From an uncultured Chloroflexia bacterium (GTDB taxonomy: Bacteria > Chloroflexota > Dehalococcoidia > DSTF01 > JALHUB01): a stretch of 64,000 bases of DNA. The DNA is taken from the NCBI GenBank assembly GCA_963726245.1, contig CAVSBT010000039.1, forward strand, positions 1 to 64,000. Direction: 5' to 3'. This document shows, piece after piece, positions 22,714-32,883 of the stretch (positions within the stretch are counted from its first letter, which is position 1; every line of letters starts with the position of its first letter). The notes beneath the pieces are model-generated. The model saw only the letters and a program-made list of their open reading frames with translations, did not search any database and was not told where the DNA came from. The position numbers and the translations under genes were made by a program.

Positions 22714-24220
22714 ATGGCCCAAGGCTACATTCTCTTCACGCTCATCGCCCTGCCCCTGGCGACGGCCTTCGTCCTGGCCGCTGTCCCCTCGAAGTACGGC
22801 AATGTGGTCCGTGGCATCGCCGCGTTCACGGGCCTGGCGCTCTTCAGCCTCGCCCTCTACTCCTTCCTCAACTACAGCTTCCAGGACGGCGAGGCCTTCC
22901 GCTTCCAGCTCCGCTGGGTCTGGCTGGAGAACGTCGCCTTCCTGGGCGAGAACGGCATCTCCCTCCACCTGGGCCTCGACGGCATATCGGCGCCGATGGT
23001 GCTGCTGAACGGCATCGTCGGCTTCGGCGGCGTCATCGTCTCCTGGAAGGTCGACTTCCGGAACAAGGACTTCTACATACTCTTCTTCACTCTGCTGACC
23101 GGCGTCTTCGGGACCTTCCTGTCCCTGGACCTCTTCTTCTTCTTCTTCTTCTACGAGCTGGCGGTGCTGCCCATGTACCTCCTCATCGGCGTGTGGGGCT
23201 CGAGCAGCGTCTTCCCCACCTTCGCGCGCACGAAGGAGTATGGGGCGATGAAGCTGACCATCTACCTGGTGGCGGCCAGCATACTCATCTTCGTGGGCAT
23301 CCTGGCCGTGTTCGTCAGGGCCGGCCTCGGCACCTTCGACCTGCCCGCGCTCTACGCGCACGGCTTCGATGAGAACTTCCAGAAGGTCGTCTTCCCGGTG
23401 TTCCTGATAGGCTGCGGCGTCCTCGCGGGCCTCTGGCCCTTCCACACCTGGTCGCCCGACGGCCATGTGGCGGCGCCGACGGCCGTGAGCATGGTCCACG
23501 CCGGCGTGCTGATGAAGCTGGGGGCGTTCGGTATCATCCGGCTGGGCATCCAGCTCCTGCCGGAAGGCGCCCAGTTCTGGATGCCCGGCCTCATGGTCCT
23601 GCGGCACCATCAACGTCCTCTACGGGGCCGTCTCGGCCCTGTCGCAGACGGACTTCAAGTACATGGTGGGCTACTCGAGCGTCAGCCACATGGGCTACGT
23701 GCTCATGGGACTGGCCACCCTCAACCCAATCGGGGTGAACGGCGCGGTGCTCCAGATGTTCTCGCACGGCGTCATGACGGCTCTCATGTTCGCCATGGTG
23801 GGCGCCATCTACGACCAGGCCCACGTGCGGGACATGGGCATCTTCGGCGGCCTGGCAAACAAGATGCCACGCTTCGCGGCCTTCTGGGCGATAGCCTGCC
23901 TGGCCTCTCTGGGGTTGCCGGGGCTCTCCGGCTTCGTCGCCGAGTTCAACGTCTTCGTGGGCGCCTTCAGGACCTATCCCGCCTTCGGAGCGCTGGGCAT
24001 CCTGGGGGCCACGATCACCGCCGTCTACATCCTGCGCATGCTGGCCCTTGCCTTCTTCGGACCCTTCAATGAACGCTGGGCCAATCTGCGCGAGATGCAA
24101 CGCACCGAGCAGTTTGTGGGGGCTTTGCTGATCGCTTTCCTGCTTCTCATGGGCGTCTTCCCGTCTCTCTTCATCGACCGCATCTCGGAGACGGTGCTGC
24201 GACTGCCGGGGGTGTCGTGA
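22714..24220 (+). CDS. nuoM: NADH-quinone oxidoreductase subunit M (+1 indel near 23602)
   Basis: PFHTWSPDGHVAAPT..SM..AGVLMKLG, then YSSVSHMG and GLPG.SGFVAEF in the second frame. Confidence 0.94.
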
Positions 24221-24271
24221 CGAGGGAACAGGGAACAAGGAACAAGGAGCCAGCAGGTAGGAACCGGAACC

Positions 24272-25708
24272 GTGAACCTCGATTACTCGCTGCTGATCCC
24301 GGAGTTCATGCTGGCGGGGCTGGCCGTCCTGGTGGTGGCGGTCGACCTCTTCCTGGGCGAGAGGCTGCGGCGCGACTACATCCCCTACCTGTCGGCGGCG
24401 GGCCTGGCCGTCATCCTGGGCGTCTCCCTGGCCTGGATGAACAAGGAGAGCAACTTCGCCGGCCTCATCCAGATCGACAACTTCACCACCTTCTTCCGCG
24501 TCTTCTTCATCGGCATCACCTTCTTCGTCACCCTGGCCTCGGCGCACTTCGTGCGGGGTCGCCTGCGCCACGCCGGCGAGTACTACGGGCTGCTCATCCT
24601 CTCCACCATCGGCGCCATCTACATGGCGGCGGCGCGCGAGCTCCTGACGGCCTACATCTCGCTGGAGCTCCTGAGCTTCAGCCTCTACATCCTGGTCTCC
24701 TTCGCCAAGTTCGACCCTAAGTCCAACGAGGGCGGGCTGAAGTACATGCTCCTGGGGGCTTTCGCCTCGGCCATGCTGCTCTACGGCATCAGCTTCATCT
24801 ACGGCGTCGCCGGCTCGACAACCTACAGCGAGATCGCCACCGCCGTGGCCGGGAGCACCAAGAATTTCGACTTCGCGCTGCTGATGGGGCTGGTGCTGAT
24901 CCTCGCCGGGCTGGGCTTCAAGGTGGCGGCCGTGCCCTTCCACATGTGGACGCCGGACGCCTACGAGGGGGCGCCGCTGCCCATCACCGCCTACCTCTCG
25001 GCCAGCTCCAAGGCGGCGGGCTTCGCCCTTCTCCTGCGCCTCTTCTCCGGGGCCTTCCTGCCTGTCCTGGATAGCTGGCAGTGGATGGTGGCCGCCCTCT
25101 CCGCCGTCACGATGACGGTGGGGAACGTCATCGCCATCCAGCAGCACAACATCAAGCGGCTGCTGGCCTACTCCAGCATCGGCCAGGTGGGCTTCATGCT
25201 CATCGGCATCGCCGCCCTCTCCGACGTCACGGCCAGCGCGCTGGTCCTGCACATGACGGGCTACGTCGTCACCAACCTGGCGGCCTTCGTCGTAGTCATC
25301 GGCTACTACAACCTGTCGGGCAAGGACGAGATCGCCGACTACCGCGGCCTGGCGGAGCGGGCCCCCTTCCTGGCGGCCGGCCTGACCATCGCCCTCTTCT
25401 CCCTGGCCGGTCTGCCCTTCTTCGCCGGCTTCCTCACCAAGTTCATCCTCTTCCAGGCGGCGGCCGAGGAGGGCTTCCTCTGGCTGTCGGCGCTGGCGAT
25501 GGTGAACAGCGTCATCTCCCTCTACTACTACCTGAACGTCATCAAGCAGATGTACATGGTGGAGCCGGAGGAGATGACGCGCTTCCGCGTGCCACTCACC
25601 GTGACCGGCTCCCTGGCCGTCCTCACCGCCGGCGTCCTCTTCATCGGCGTCTACCCCGGCCCTCTCTTCAAGATCGTCGATAACGCGACGGCCTTCCTTT
25701 TCCGATAG
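24272..25708 (+). CDS. nuoN: NADH-quinone oxidoreductase subunit N
   Basis: FKVAAVPFHMWTPDAYEGAP, KRLLAYSSI, SLAGLP. Confidence 0.96.
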   Translation: MNLDYSLLIPEFMLAGLAVLVVAVDLFLGERLRRDYIPYLSAAGLAVILGVSLAWMNKESNFAGLIQIDNFTTFFRVFFIGITFFVTLASAHFVRGRLRHAGEYYGLLILSTIGAIYMAAARELLTAYISLELLSFSLYILVSFAKFDPKSNEGGLKYMLLGAFASAMLLYGISFIYGVAGSTTYSEIATAVAGSTKNFDFALLMGLVLILAGLGFKVAAVPFHMWTPDAYEGAPLPITAYLSASSKAAGFALLLRLFSGAFLPVLDSWQWMVAALSAVTMTVGNVIAIQQHNIKRLLAYSSIGQVGFMLIGIAALSDVTASALVLHMTGYVVTNLAAFVVVIGYYNLSGKDEIADYRGLAERAPFLAAGLTIALFSLAGLPFFAGFLTKFILFQAAAEEGFLWLSALAMVNSVISLYYYLNVIKQMYMVEPEEMTRFRVPLTVTGSLAVLTAGVLFIGVYPGPLFKIVDNATAFLFR

Positions 25709-25888
25709 AACAACGCGCACGCAAGTCCTGAGCTGGTTTACCGCCGCATGACCTGACGGCCTAGCAACCGCCTTCGGCCTAGCCGTCAACAACCGACTAT
25801 GTATACGGAAGGCCGCTGAACGCGTCGAACCGGGGCGGGGGTGGTTTGGGGCGACGTGGGGTGGCGGCGTGTGGCGAAGGAGACGCGG

Positions 25889-27872
25889 ATGAGGTACAGA
25901 CTAGCGGCTTTGGGCCTCGTGGCGGCGGCGGGAGGACTCTTCCTCTGGCTAGCGCTGCTCCATTTCGACTCCGGGCAGGCGCCCGTCGCCCAGTCAGCTC
26001 AGGTGGACACACAGTCCGCTCCGGATGCAGTCAGCGGAGCAGCCGGACTCGCGGCTGACGCCCAGGCGCCCGAAGCCAAGCTCGCCTCCGGAGGTGCTGG
26101 ACCAAGTTGCGGCGGGAACGCTCCGGGAATGGCAGACCCGGCCGCCGTCTATTGCAGCAACCTGGGATACTCGTACCAGACCGTCACCAATAATGAGGGA
26201 CAGAACGGCGCGTGCGTATTCCCGGACGGCAGCAGTTGCGACGCCTGGAACTTCCTGGAAGGCAAGTGCGGGCAGAGCTACTCGTATTGCGCGAAGCAAG
26301 GCTATGGCGTGACAACGAAGGCAGACGGCAAGGACGCTCTTTCAAGGGAGTACGGCGTCTGCGTCCAGGGCCAGCAGGAGATTGGCCCGGTGACGGAGTT
26401 GATGGGCCTGAGTGAGAAGGCCACCAAGGGGACTTTCTCCACGGACCAGAGCCCACTCGCTGGGGCGGAAGCGCCCTCGGCGCCTCCCACGGCTTCGTCT
26501 GCGCCTTCCTCCTTCGACTGGAGGAACTACAACGGGCAGAACTGGATGACTTCCGTGAAGGACCAGGGCGGATGCGGCTCGTGCTGGGCGTTTTCGGCCG
26601 TTGGCGCGGCTGAGCCCGCCTTCAACATAGCCGCGAACAACCCCAACCTGGACCTGAACTTGTCCGAAGAGTACCTGGTGTCCGATTGCCACAGCTACTG
26701 GGGTGCACAGACTTGCTGCGGCGGATGGAACGACGTGGCTCTCAGCTTCATGACGGACAACGGCATTCCCGATGAGGCATGCATGCCATACGTGGACGCG
26801 TCGAGTTGCTCATGCAACAACGGCTGCGACTCCAATTGCACGTACAGAACCGGCGCTAGCTGCAGCGACGCCACCTGCTCAAACAGGTGTTCCGACTGGT
26901 CGTCAAGGTTGACGCGACTAAGCGCGACTGGTCCCGTGTCTGCGGGGTCGATCAAGGACACGCTGGTGCAGAAGGGACCTCTCTCGGTCTGCTTTGGATA
27001 CGGCTCCGAATTTGGCGGCAACTTCGACGCGAACGGCGTCTACAGGTGCAGCAGCGACACCGGCACGAATCACTGCGTGGTCCTTGTTGGATATGATGAC
27101 CCCGGCGGCTACTGGATCCTCAAGAATAGCTGGGGCTCCTCCTGGAACGGCAACGGCTACTTCAAGCTGGGTTACGGGGAGTGCACCGTAGAGAACTACG
27201 TGTACTATGCAGAGGCGCCCGGCACAGCGCCCACCAGCACGCCGACCCCCGCGGCGACGCCCACGGCCACGAGAACGGCCACGCGCACGGCTACCAGGAC
27301 CGCCACGCGCACAGCCACAGCGACGCCCACTAGCGCGGCGACGGCAACGCCCACGCCTGTCAGGACTGCGACGCCCACCGGCACGCCCACAGCCACGGCA
27401 ACGCGTACCCCAACCAGGACCGCTACGCCGACCGCCGCGGCGACGCGCACGGCTACCAGGACGGCCACGCCCACGCGCACCGGCGACGCCGACACGGACA
27501 GCGACGGCCACCGCGCCCACGCGCACCAGAACGCCGACTCGGACAGCTACGGCCACTCGCTCGCCCACGCCCACTGGAACGCCGCCAGCCGCCGACTGCC
27601 GGTTTGAAGACTCGGCGCGCGGCACGGCCCTCTCGCTCGCGGGCACCCACTTCGTTTTCACGGGGCCCGGCGGATTCGAGGTTCAAGGCACGGCGCGGCG
27701 CACCGGGAACAGGGTCTCGATCAGCACCCGGGTGGGAAGCGTGACGGTATCCGGCTCAGGCACTTGCCCGCTGGGGCCGGGCCGCTTCAGTGCCACAAGG
27801 CTGGGCTTCCCGTTCGTCAGATTCCAGCTGATCGACACGAGCCCCACGCGGCCGGCGTGGCTGGGAGGCTAA
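25889..27872 (+). CDS. Secreted or anchored C1A (papain-family) cysteine peptidase with N-terminal DUF333-like module and Thr/Pro-rich linker (+1 indel near 27482)
   Basis: N-terminal hydrophobic helix; [12 protein letters not shown]...C.FPDG..C.AW; [33 protein letters not shown]; (TAT/TPT)n repeat. Confidence 0.88.
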
Positions 27873-28072
27873 GGCGGGAGAGAGGCGAAGTCAGAGGGAC
27901 GAAGTCAGAGGCCCGACTGCGCGGGGGCAAACAGTGTAAGGGGCCCTGGTTTCCGGACGATCACGCACGTATCTCATGAAGGAGCGTACGAGGCACATTA
28001 GGAGTGTCGCGTATTCTTCAGAGCGAAGGCCAGGCTAATGCCTGGCCCTCCGTTTGTGGCCGTCGAGGGATA

Positions 28073-29404
28073 CTAGAGAATCGGCAGGTAGCGGTCCAGC
28101 TCGAAGTCCGTCACGTGCGTTCGATAGCGATCCCACTCGATCTTCTTGTTGGCGATCAGGCTTTCGAAGACGTGGTCGCCCAGCGCACGTCGCAGCAGGT
28201 CGCTCTTCTCAGCCTCCTCAATGGCCTCGAATAGGCTGCCCGGCAGCGTGCCGATGCCCCGCCGCTGCCGGTCGGCCTCCCCCATCTCGAAGACGTTCTC
28301 CTCCACCGGCTCCGGGCAGGGGTACTCCTTCTCGATGCCCTCCAGGCCGGCGGCCAGCATGGCCGCGAAGACCAGGTAGGGGTTGCAGGCCGGATCGGGG
28401 GACCTGTACTCGACACGGGTGGCGATCTCCTTGCCGGGCTTGTACTCGGGCACCCGCAGAAGGTCGGACCGATTACGACGGGCCCAGGTGATATAGACGG
28501 GGGCCTCGAAGCCGGGCATCAGCCGCTTATAGGAGTTCACCCACTGGTTGGTGACCAGAGTGATCTCGCGGGCGTGGCGAAGGAGGCCGGTGATGTACGC
28601 CTTGGCGAGGGCCGAGAGGTGGTAGGGGTCCTTGGCGTCGAAGAAGGCATTGCGCTCCCCCTTGAAGAGGGACTGGTGCACGTGCAGGCCGCTCCCGTTC
28701 TGGCTCATCTTGGGCTTGGGCATGAAGGTAGCATAGACACCCTGGCTCAGGGCCACCTCCTTGACCACCAGCCGGGCGGTCATGGTGTTGTCGGCCATAG
28801 TAAGGGCGTCGGTGTAGCGGAGGTCTATCTCGTGCTGGCTAGGGGCCACCTCATGGTGGCTCGTCTCGACGCCAACGCCCATGTCCTCCAGGGTGAGCAC
28901 CGTCTCCCGGCGAAGGTCGGTGGCCATGTCCAGCGGCGTCAGGTCGAAGTAGCCGCCCGCGTCCAGCCCTTCGGTGGAACCGGAGGCCTTGAAGTAGAAG
29001 TACTCCAGCTCCGGCCCGACATAGAAGGTGAACCCGAGGTCGCTGGCCCGCTTCAGGTTGCGCTTGAGGACATAGCGGGGGTCTCCCTCGAAGGGGCTCC
29101 CGTCGGGATGGAGGACGTCGCAGAACATGCGGGCCACACCCCGTTCACGAGGGCGCCACGGCACGAGCTGGAACGTGGTGGGATCGGGCATGGCCACCAT
29201 GTCGCTTTCATCGATGCGCGCGAAGCCCTCGATGGAAGAGCCGTCGAAGCCCATCCCCTCCTCAAGAGCGCCCTCCAGCTCCTCCACGGTGATGGAGAAG
29301 CTCTTCAGGAAGCCCAGGATGTCAGTGAACCAGAGGCGTATGAACTTGACGTCATGCTGACGACACGACTGGATCACGAACTCGCGGTTCTCTTCGGCGC
29401 TCAT
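28073..29404 (-). CDS. glnA: Glutamine synthetase type I-alpha / GlnA2-like
   Basis: FDGSSIEGF..IDESDM, HHEVAPSQHEI, TFMPKP...NGSG.H.HQS, EYRSPDPACNPY; no adenylylation Tyr motif. Confidence 0.9.
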   Translation of the reverse strand: MSAEENREFVIQSCRQHDVKFIRLWFTDILGFLKSFSITVEELEGALEEGMGFDGSSIEGFARIDESDMVAMPDPTTFQLVPWRPRERGVARMFCDVLHPDGSPFEGDPRYVLKRNLKRASDLGFTFYVGPELEYFYFKASGSTEGLDAGGYFDLTPLDMATDLRRETVLTLEDMGVGVETSHHEVAPSQHEIDLRYTDALTMADNTMTARLVVKEVALSQGVYATFMPKPKMSQNGSGLHVHQSLFKGERNAFFDAKDPYHLSALAKAYITGLLRHAREITLVTNQWVNSYKRLMPGFEAPVYITWARRNRSDLLRVPEYKPGKEIATRVEYRSPDPACNPYLVFAAMLAAGLEGIEKEYPCPEPVEENVFEMGEADRQRRGIGTLPGSLFEAIEEAEKSDLLRRALGDHVFESLIANKKIEWDRYRTHVTDFELDRYLPIL

Positions 29405-29440
29405 GCTGATTCTCCCTCCACTGTGGGGTTATCCTCAGCT

Positions 29441-29492
29441 TAAATGAAAGGGCCCGGTAAGCCAAGCCCTCGACGGACTCGCTCCCGGGCCC
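29441..29492 (-). terminator. Long stem-loop followed by a U-rich tract between the two glnA genes
   Basis: Minus strand gggcccgggagcgagtcc...gggcttggcttaccgggccc-tttcattta. Confidence 0.55.
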
Positions 29493-29511
29493 CGGACGTG
29501 CGCGCCGTGCC

Positions 29512-30942
29512 CTACACGTCGAAGTACAAGTGGAACTCGTAAGGGTGCGGCCGCAGGCGAACGGCGTCGATCTCCGTTCGCTTATACGCCACCCAGGTTT
29601 CCAACACGTCCTTGGTGAAGACGTTCCCCTTGAGCAAGAACTCGTGGTCCTCCTCCAGGGCGTTCAGGGACTCGTCGAGGGAGCCCGGCACCGTCCTGAT
29701 GCAGGCCGCCTCCTCCGGCGACAGCTCGTAGGTGTTCTTGTCCAGCGGCGCCCCCGGATCGATCTGATTCTCGACCCCGTCCAGGCCGGCCATGAGCATG
29801 GCGGCGAAGCCCAGGTAGGGGTTGCAGGCGTTGTCCGGAGGGCGGAACTCCACGCGCTTGGTCTTCGGATTGTCGGTGTAGACCGGGATGCGCACGGCCG
29901 CACTGCGGTTGCGCGCCGAGTACACGAGGTTGACCGGCGCCTCGTAGCCGGGCACCAGCCGCTTGTAGGAGTTGGTGGTGGGCGCGCAGAAAGCCATCAG
30001 GGCCGGCGCGTGCTTGAGTAGGCCGCCGATGTAGTACTTGGCGGTCTCGCTGATCAATGCGTAGCCCTTGGGGTCGTAGAAGACGTTCGCGCCGCCCTTC
30101 CACAGGCTCTGGTGGCAGTGCATGCCGGAGCCGTTGTCCCCAAAGAGAGGCTTGGGCATGAAAGTGGCCACCTTGTTGTGCTTCCGGGCGATGTTCTTGA
30201 CGACGTACCTGTACCACATCATCCTGTCGCCCATTTCGACCAGGGTGTCGAACTTCATGTCGATCTCGCCCTGGCCGGCGGTGGCCACCTCGTGGTGGTG
30301 CACCTCGATGGGGATGCCCACGCCGATCAGGGTGAGGATGATCTCGCTGCGGATGTCCTGAAACGAGTCGTGGGGTGGTACCGGGAAGTAGCCCTCCTTG
30401 AACCGTGGCTTGTAGCCCAGGTTGGGCTTCTCATCACGGCCGCTGTTCCACTCGCCCTCGACGGAATCGATGAAGTAGAAGCCGCAGCTCTCCGTCTGGT
30501 CGAAGCGAATGTCGTCGAAGATGAAGAACTCGCCCTCCGGGCCCCAGAAGCTCGTGTCGGCGACGCCGGTGGACTTCAGGTACTGCTCCGCCTTCTTGGC
30601 GATGTAGCGCGGATCTCGGTTGTAGGGCTGGCGGGTCAGCGGGTCGTAGATGTCGCAGATGATGCTGACCGTCGGTATGGTGCAGACGGGATCCAGGCGG
30701 GCCGTGTTGGGATCCGGTATGAGGATCATGTCGCTCTCCTGGATCGCCTGGAAGCCCCGGATGCTGGAACCGTCGAAGCCCACGCCCTCCACCCATATGC
30801 TCTTCGTCAGGTCGTCCATCTCCGTCAACTCAGAGACGGGCATGGAGAAGTGCTGCCACAGCCCAGGCAGGTCGTTGAACTTGAGGTCCACGATCTTGAT
30901 GTCGTTCGCCTGGATGTACTTCTGGACGTCTTGCGGGCTCAA
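29512..30942 (-). CDS. glnA: Glutamine synthetase type I-beta
   Basis: [42 protein letters not shown], adenylylation-type [11 protein letters not shown]. Confidence 0.95.
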   Translation of the reverse strand: MSPQDVQKYIQANDIKIVDLKFNDLPGLWQHFSMPVSELTEMDDLTKSIWVEGVGFDGSSIRGFQAIQESDMILIPDPNTARLDPVCTIPTVSIICDIYDPLTRQPYNRDPRYIAKKAEQYLKSTGVADTSFWGPEGEFFIFDDIRFDQTESCGFYFIDSVEGEWNSGRDEKPNLGYKPRFKEGYFPVPPHDSFQDIRSEIILTLIGVGIPIEVHHHEVATAGQGEIDMKFDTLVEMGDRMMWYRYVVKNIARKHNKVATFMPKPLFGDNGSGMHCHQSLWKGGANVFYDPKGYALISETAKYYIGGLLKHAPALMAFCAPTTNSYKRLVPGYEAPVNLVYSARNRSAAVRIPVYTDNPKTKRVEFRPPDNACNPYLGFAAMLMAGLDGVENQIDPGAPLDKNTYELSPEEAACIRTVPGSLDESLNALEEDHEFLLKGNVFTKDVLETWVAYKRTEIDAVRLRPHPYEFHLYFDV

Positions 30943-31015
30943 GTGGAACTCTCCTTTCGTGTTTTCCGATTGAGGGATGACGGCCGGGTCGATGCCCGGC
31001 TGCCCGGTTCAAGCT

Positions 31016-31357
31016 TCACAGGGCCACGTCGCCGCGTTCGCCCGTCCGGACGCGGACGACGTCCTCCACCGGCAAGATGAAGATCTTGCCGTCGCCGATG
31101 TTGCCGGTCCAGGCCGCCTTCATGATGGCCTGGACCACCCGTTCCGCGGCATTGTCGTGCACCACCACCTCCACCTTCACCTTGGGGAGCATGTCGACTC
31201 TGAAGGACTCACCGCCGCGGCCGACGTGGACGATGCCCTTCTGAGCGCCGCGACCGGTCACGTGCACGATGTTCAGGCCCAGACAACCCTGGCTGGCGAG
31301 GGCCTCCTTGATCTCGTCGAGCTTCTCAGGTCGTACGATGGCCTCTATCTTCTTCAC
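31016..31357 (-). CDS. glnK: P-II nitrogen regulatory protein (GlnK-like)
   Basis: MKKIEAIVRP.KL, LPKVK.E, TG.IGDGKIF, VRVRTGE; adjacent to amtB. Confidence 0.93.
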   Translation of the reverse strand: MKKIEAIVRPEKLDEIKEALASQGCLGLNIVHVTGRGAQKGIVHVGRGGESFRVDMLPKVKVEVVVHDNAAERVVQAIMKAAWTGNIGDGKIFILPVEDVVRVRTGERGDVAL

Positions 31358-31369
31358 GGATAGTCCCCC

Positions 31370-32734
31370 TTAAGCGCTACCCTGGCTAGGGGCCGCCTTC
31401 TTGCCCGCGGCCTGCTTGCCGAGCCTGGCGATGGCGTCCACCTGCTCCTCCAGCCGCAGCCCCTCGAAGGAGAATACCGGCTGTGGTATGGCGAGGGCAC
31501 CGGAGCCGAGCTCGAACACATAGGCCCGCTCGCCGTGCTGGGCGATGTCCAGCCCCAGCGCCTCCTCCTCCGGCGAGACCCGCAGGCCGAGGGTCACGTC
31601 CAGAACCTTGAGAATGAGGAGCGTCATCAGGAAAGAGTAGCCCATCGTCGCGCCTACGGCGATGGCCTGGGTGCCCAACTGGCCGACGTTGCCGTGAAGG
31701 GCGCCGTTGGCGCCGCCGACCGCGGCCACGGCAAAGATGCCGGTAGCGATGGCGCCCCAGGCGCCGCCGACGCCGTGCACGCCCACCACGTCCAGCGAGT
31801 CGTCCAGGCCCAGCCGGGCCCGCAGACGCACGGCAAAGAAGCAGAGACCGCCGGCGCCAGCGCCGATGGCCAGGGCCGGCATGGCGTCCACAAAGCCGGA
31901 GGCGGGGGTGATGGCGACCAGTCCGGCCACCGCTCCGGCCGCGGCGCCCACTACACTGGGCTTGCCCAGGAACCTCCAGCTCAGCAGCGTCCACGTGATG
32001 GCGCCGGCCGCCGTCGCGACGTGCGTGACAACGAAGGCGTTCGCGGCCAGGCCGTTGGAGGCCACGGCGCTGCCCGCGTTGAAGCCGAACCAGCCGAACC
32101 AGAGCAGGGATGCCCCCAGCACCACCATGGTTATGTCATGGGGCTCCATGGGCTCCCGCCCGTGGCCGACCCGCTTGCCGTAGAGGAGGGCGGCCGCCAG
32201 GGCGGCCACGCCGGCGTTGACGTGCACGACGGTGCCGCCGGCGAAGTCCAGGGCCCCCCGGTCGTGCAGCCAGCCCCCAGGCGCCCACACCCAGTGGGCG
32301 ACCGGCGAGTATACGAACAGCGACCAGACGGCCATGAAGACCAGGAAGGTGCTGAACTTGGCCCTCTCGGCGAAGGCGCCCGTGATGAGGGCCGGGGTGA
32401 TGACGGCGAACATCATCTGGAAGATCATGAACGCCTCGTGAGGGATGGTGGTGGCGTAGGTGCTGCTGGGCTGCTGGCCCACTCCCCTCAGTCCGAACCA
32501 GTCCAAGCCGCCGATGAGGTGCCCGTGGTCCGGCCCGAAGGCCAGGCTGTAGCCCGCTATGACCCAGATCACGCTGACCAGGCCGATGACGATGAAGCTC
32601 TGCATGATGGTGCCGAGGACGTTCTTGTTGCGAACCAGCCCTCCATAGAAGAAGGCCAGCCCCGGCGTCATGAGCATGACGAGCGCCGACGAAATCAGTA
32701 CCCAGGCCGTATCGCCACTGTTGATCGCAGGCAT
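31370..32734 (-). CDS. amtB: Ammonium transporter Amt (copy 1)
   Basis: FQMMFA, DFAGGTVVH, WFGWFGFNAGS, DDSLDV.GVHG, HGERAY. Confidence 0.96.
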   Translation of the reverse strand: MPAINSGDTAWVLISSALVMLMTPGLAFFYGGLVRNKNVLGTIMQSFIVIGLVSVIWVIAGYSLAFGPDHGHLIGGLDWFGLRGVGQQPSSTYATTIPHEAFMIFQMMFAVITPALITGAFAERAKFSTFLVFMAVWSLFVYSPVAHWVWAPGGWLHDRGALDFAGGTVVHVNAGVAALAAALLYGKRVGHGREPMEPHDITMVVLGASLLWFGWFGFNAGSAVASNGLAANAFVVTHVATAAGAITWTLLSWRFLGKPSVVGAAAGAVAGLVAITPASGFVDAMPALAIGAGAGGLCFFAVRLRARLGLDDSLDVVGVHGVGGAWGAIATGIFAVAAVGGANGALHGNVGQLGTQAIAVGATMGYSFLMTLLILKVLDVTLGLRVSPEEEALGLDIAQHGERAYVFELGSGALAIPQPVFSFEGLRLEEQVDAIARLGKQAAGKKAAPSQGSA

Positions 32735-32776
32735 GGTGCACCCCTTCCCAGACCCCAGACTCTTGTCCTGCTCCCA

Positions 32777-32830
32777 AGAGTACAGAGGTCTTGTTACGGG
32801 GACGTTACGGCGCCTTTACGCCGTCATTAA
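32777..32830 (-). promoter_or_regulatory. GlnR-box-like direct repeats plus -10 upstream of amtB copy 1
   Basis: Minus strand TTAAT/GTAAA/GTAAC/GTAAC at 11-bp period, then N10-TACTCT. Confidence 0.7.
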
Positions 32831-32883
32831 GACTGTGAACGAGATGTTAGGAGCGCTTGCGGCGGCGAGCTCAGGGAGAGGGC

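Noticed and set aside
27225-27590. Thr/Pro-rich tandem repeat as a non-coding or mobile repeat
   Set aside because: It is a coding low-complexity linker with synonymous variation inside the peptidase gene
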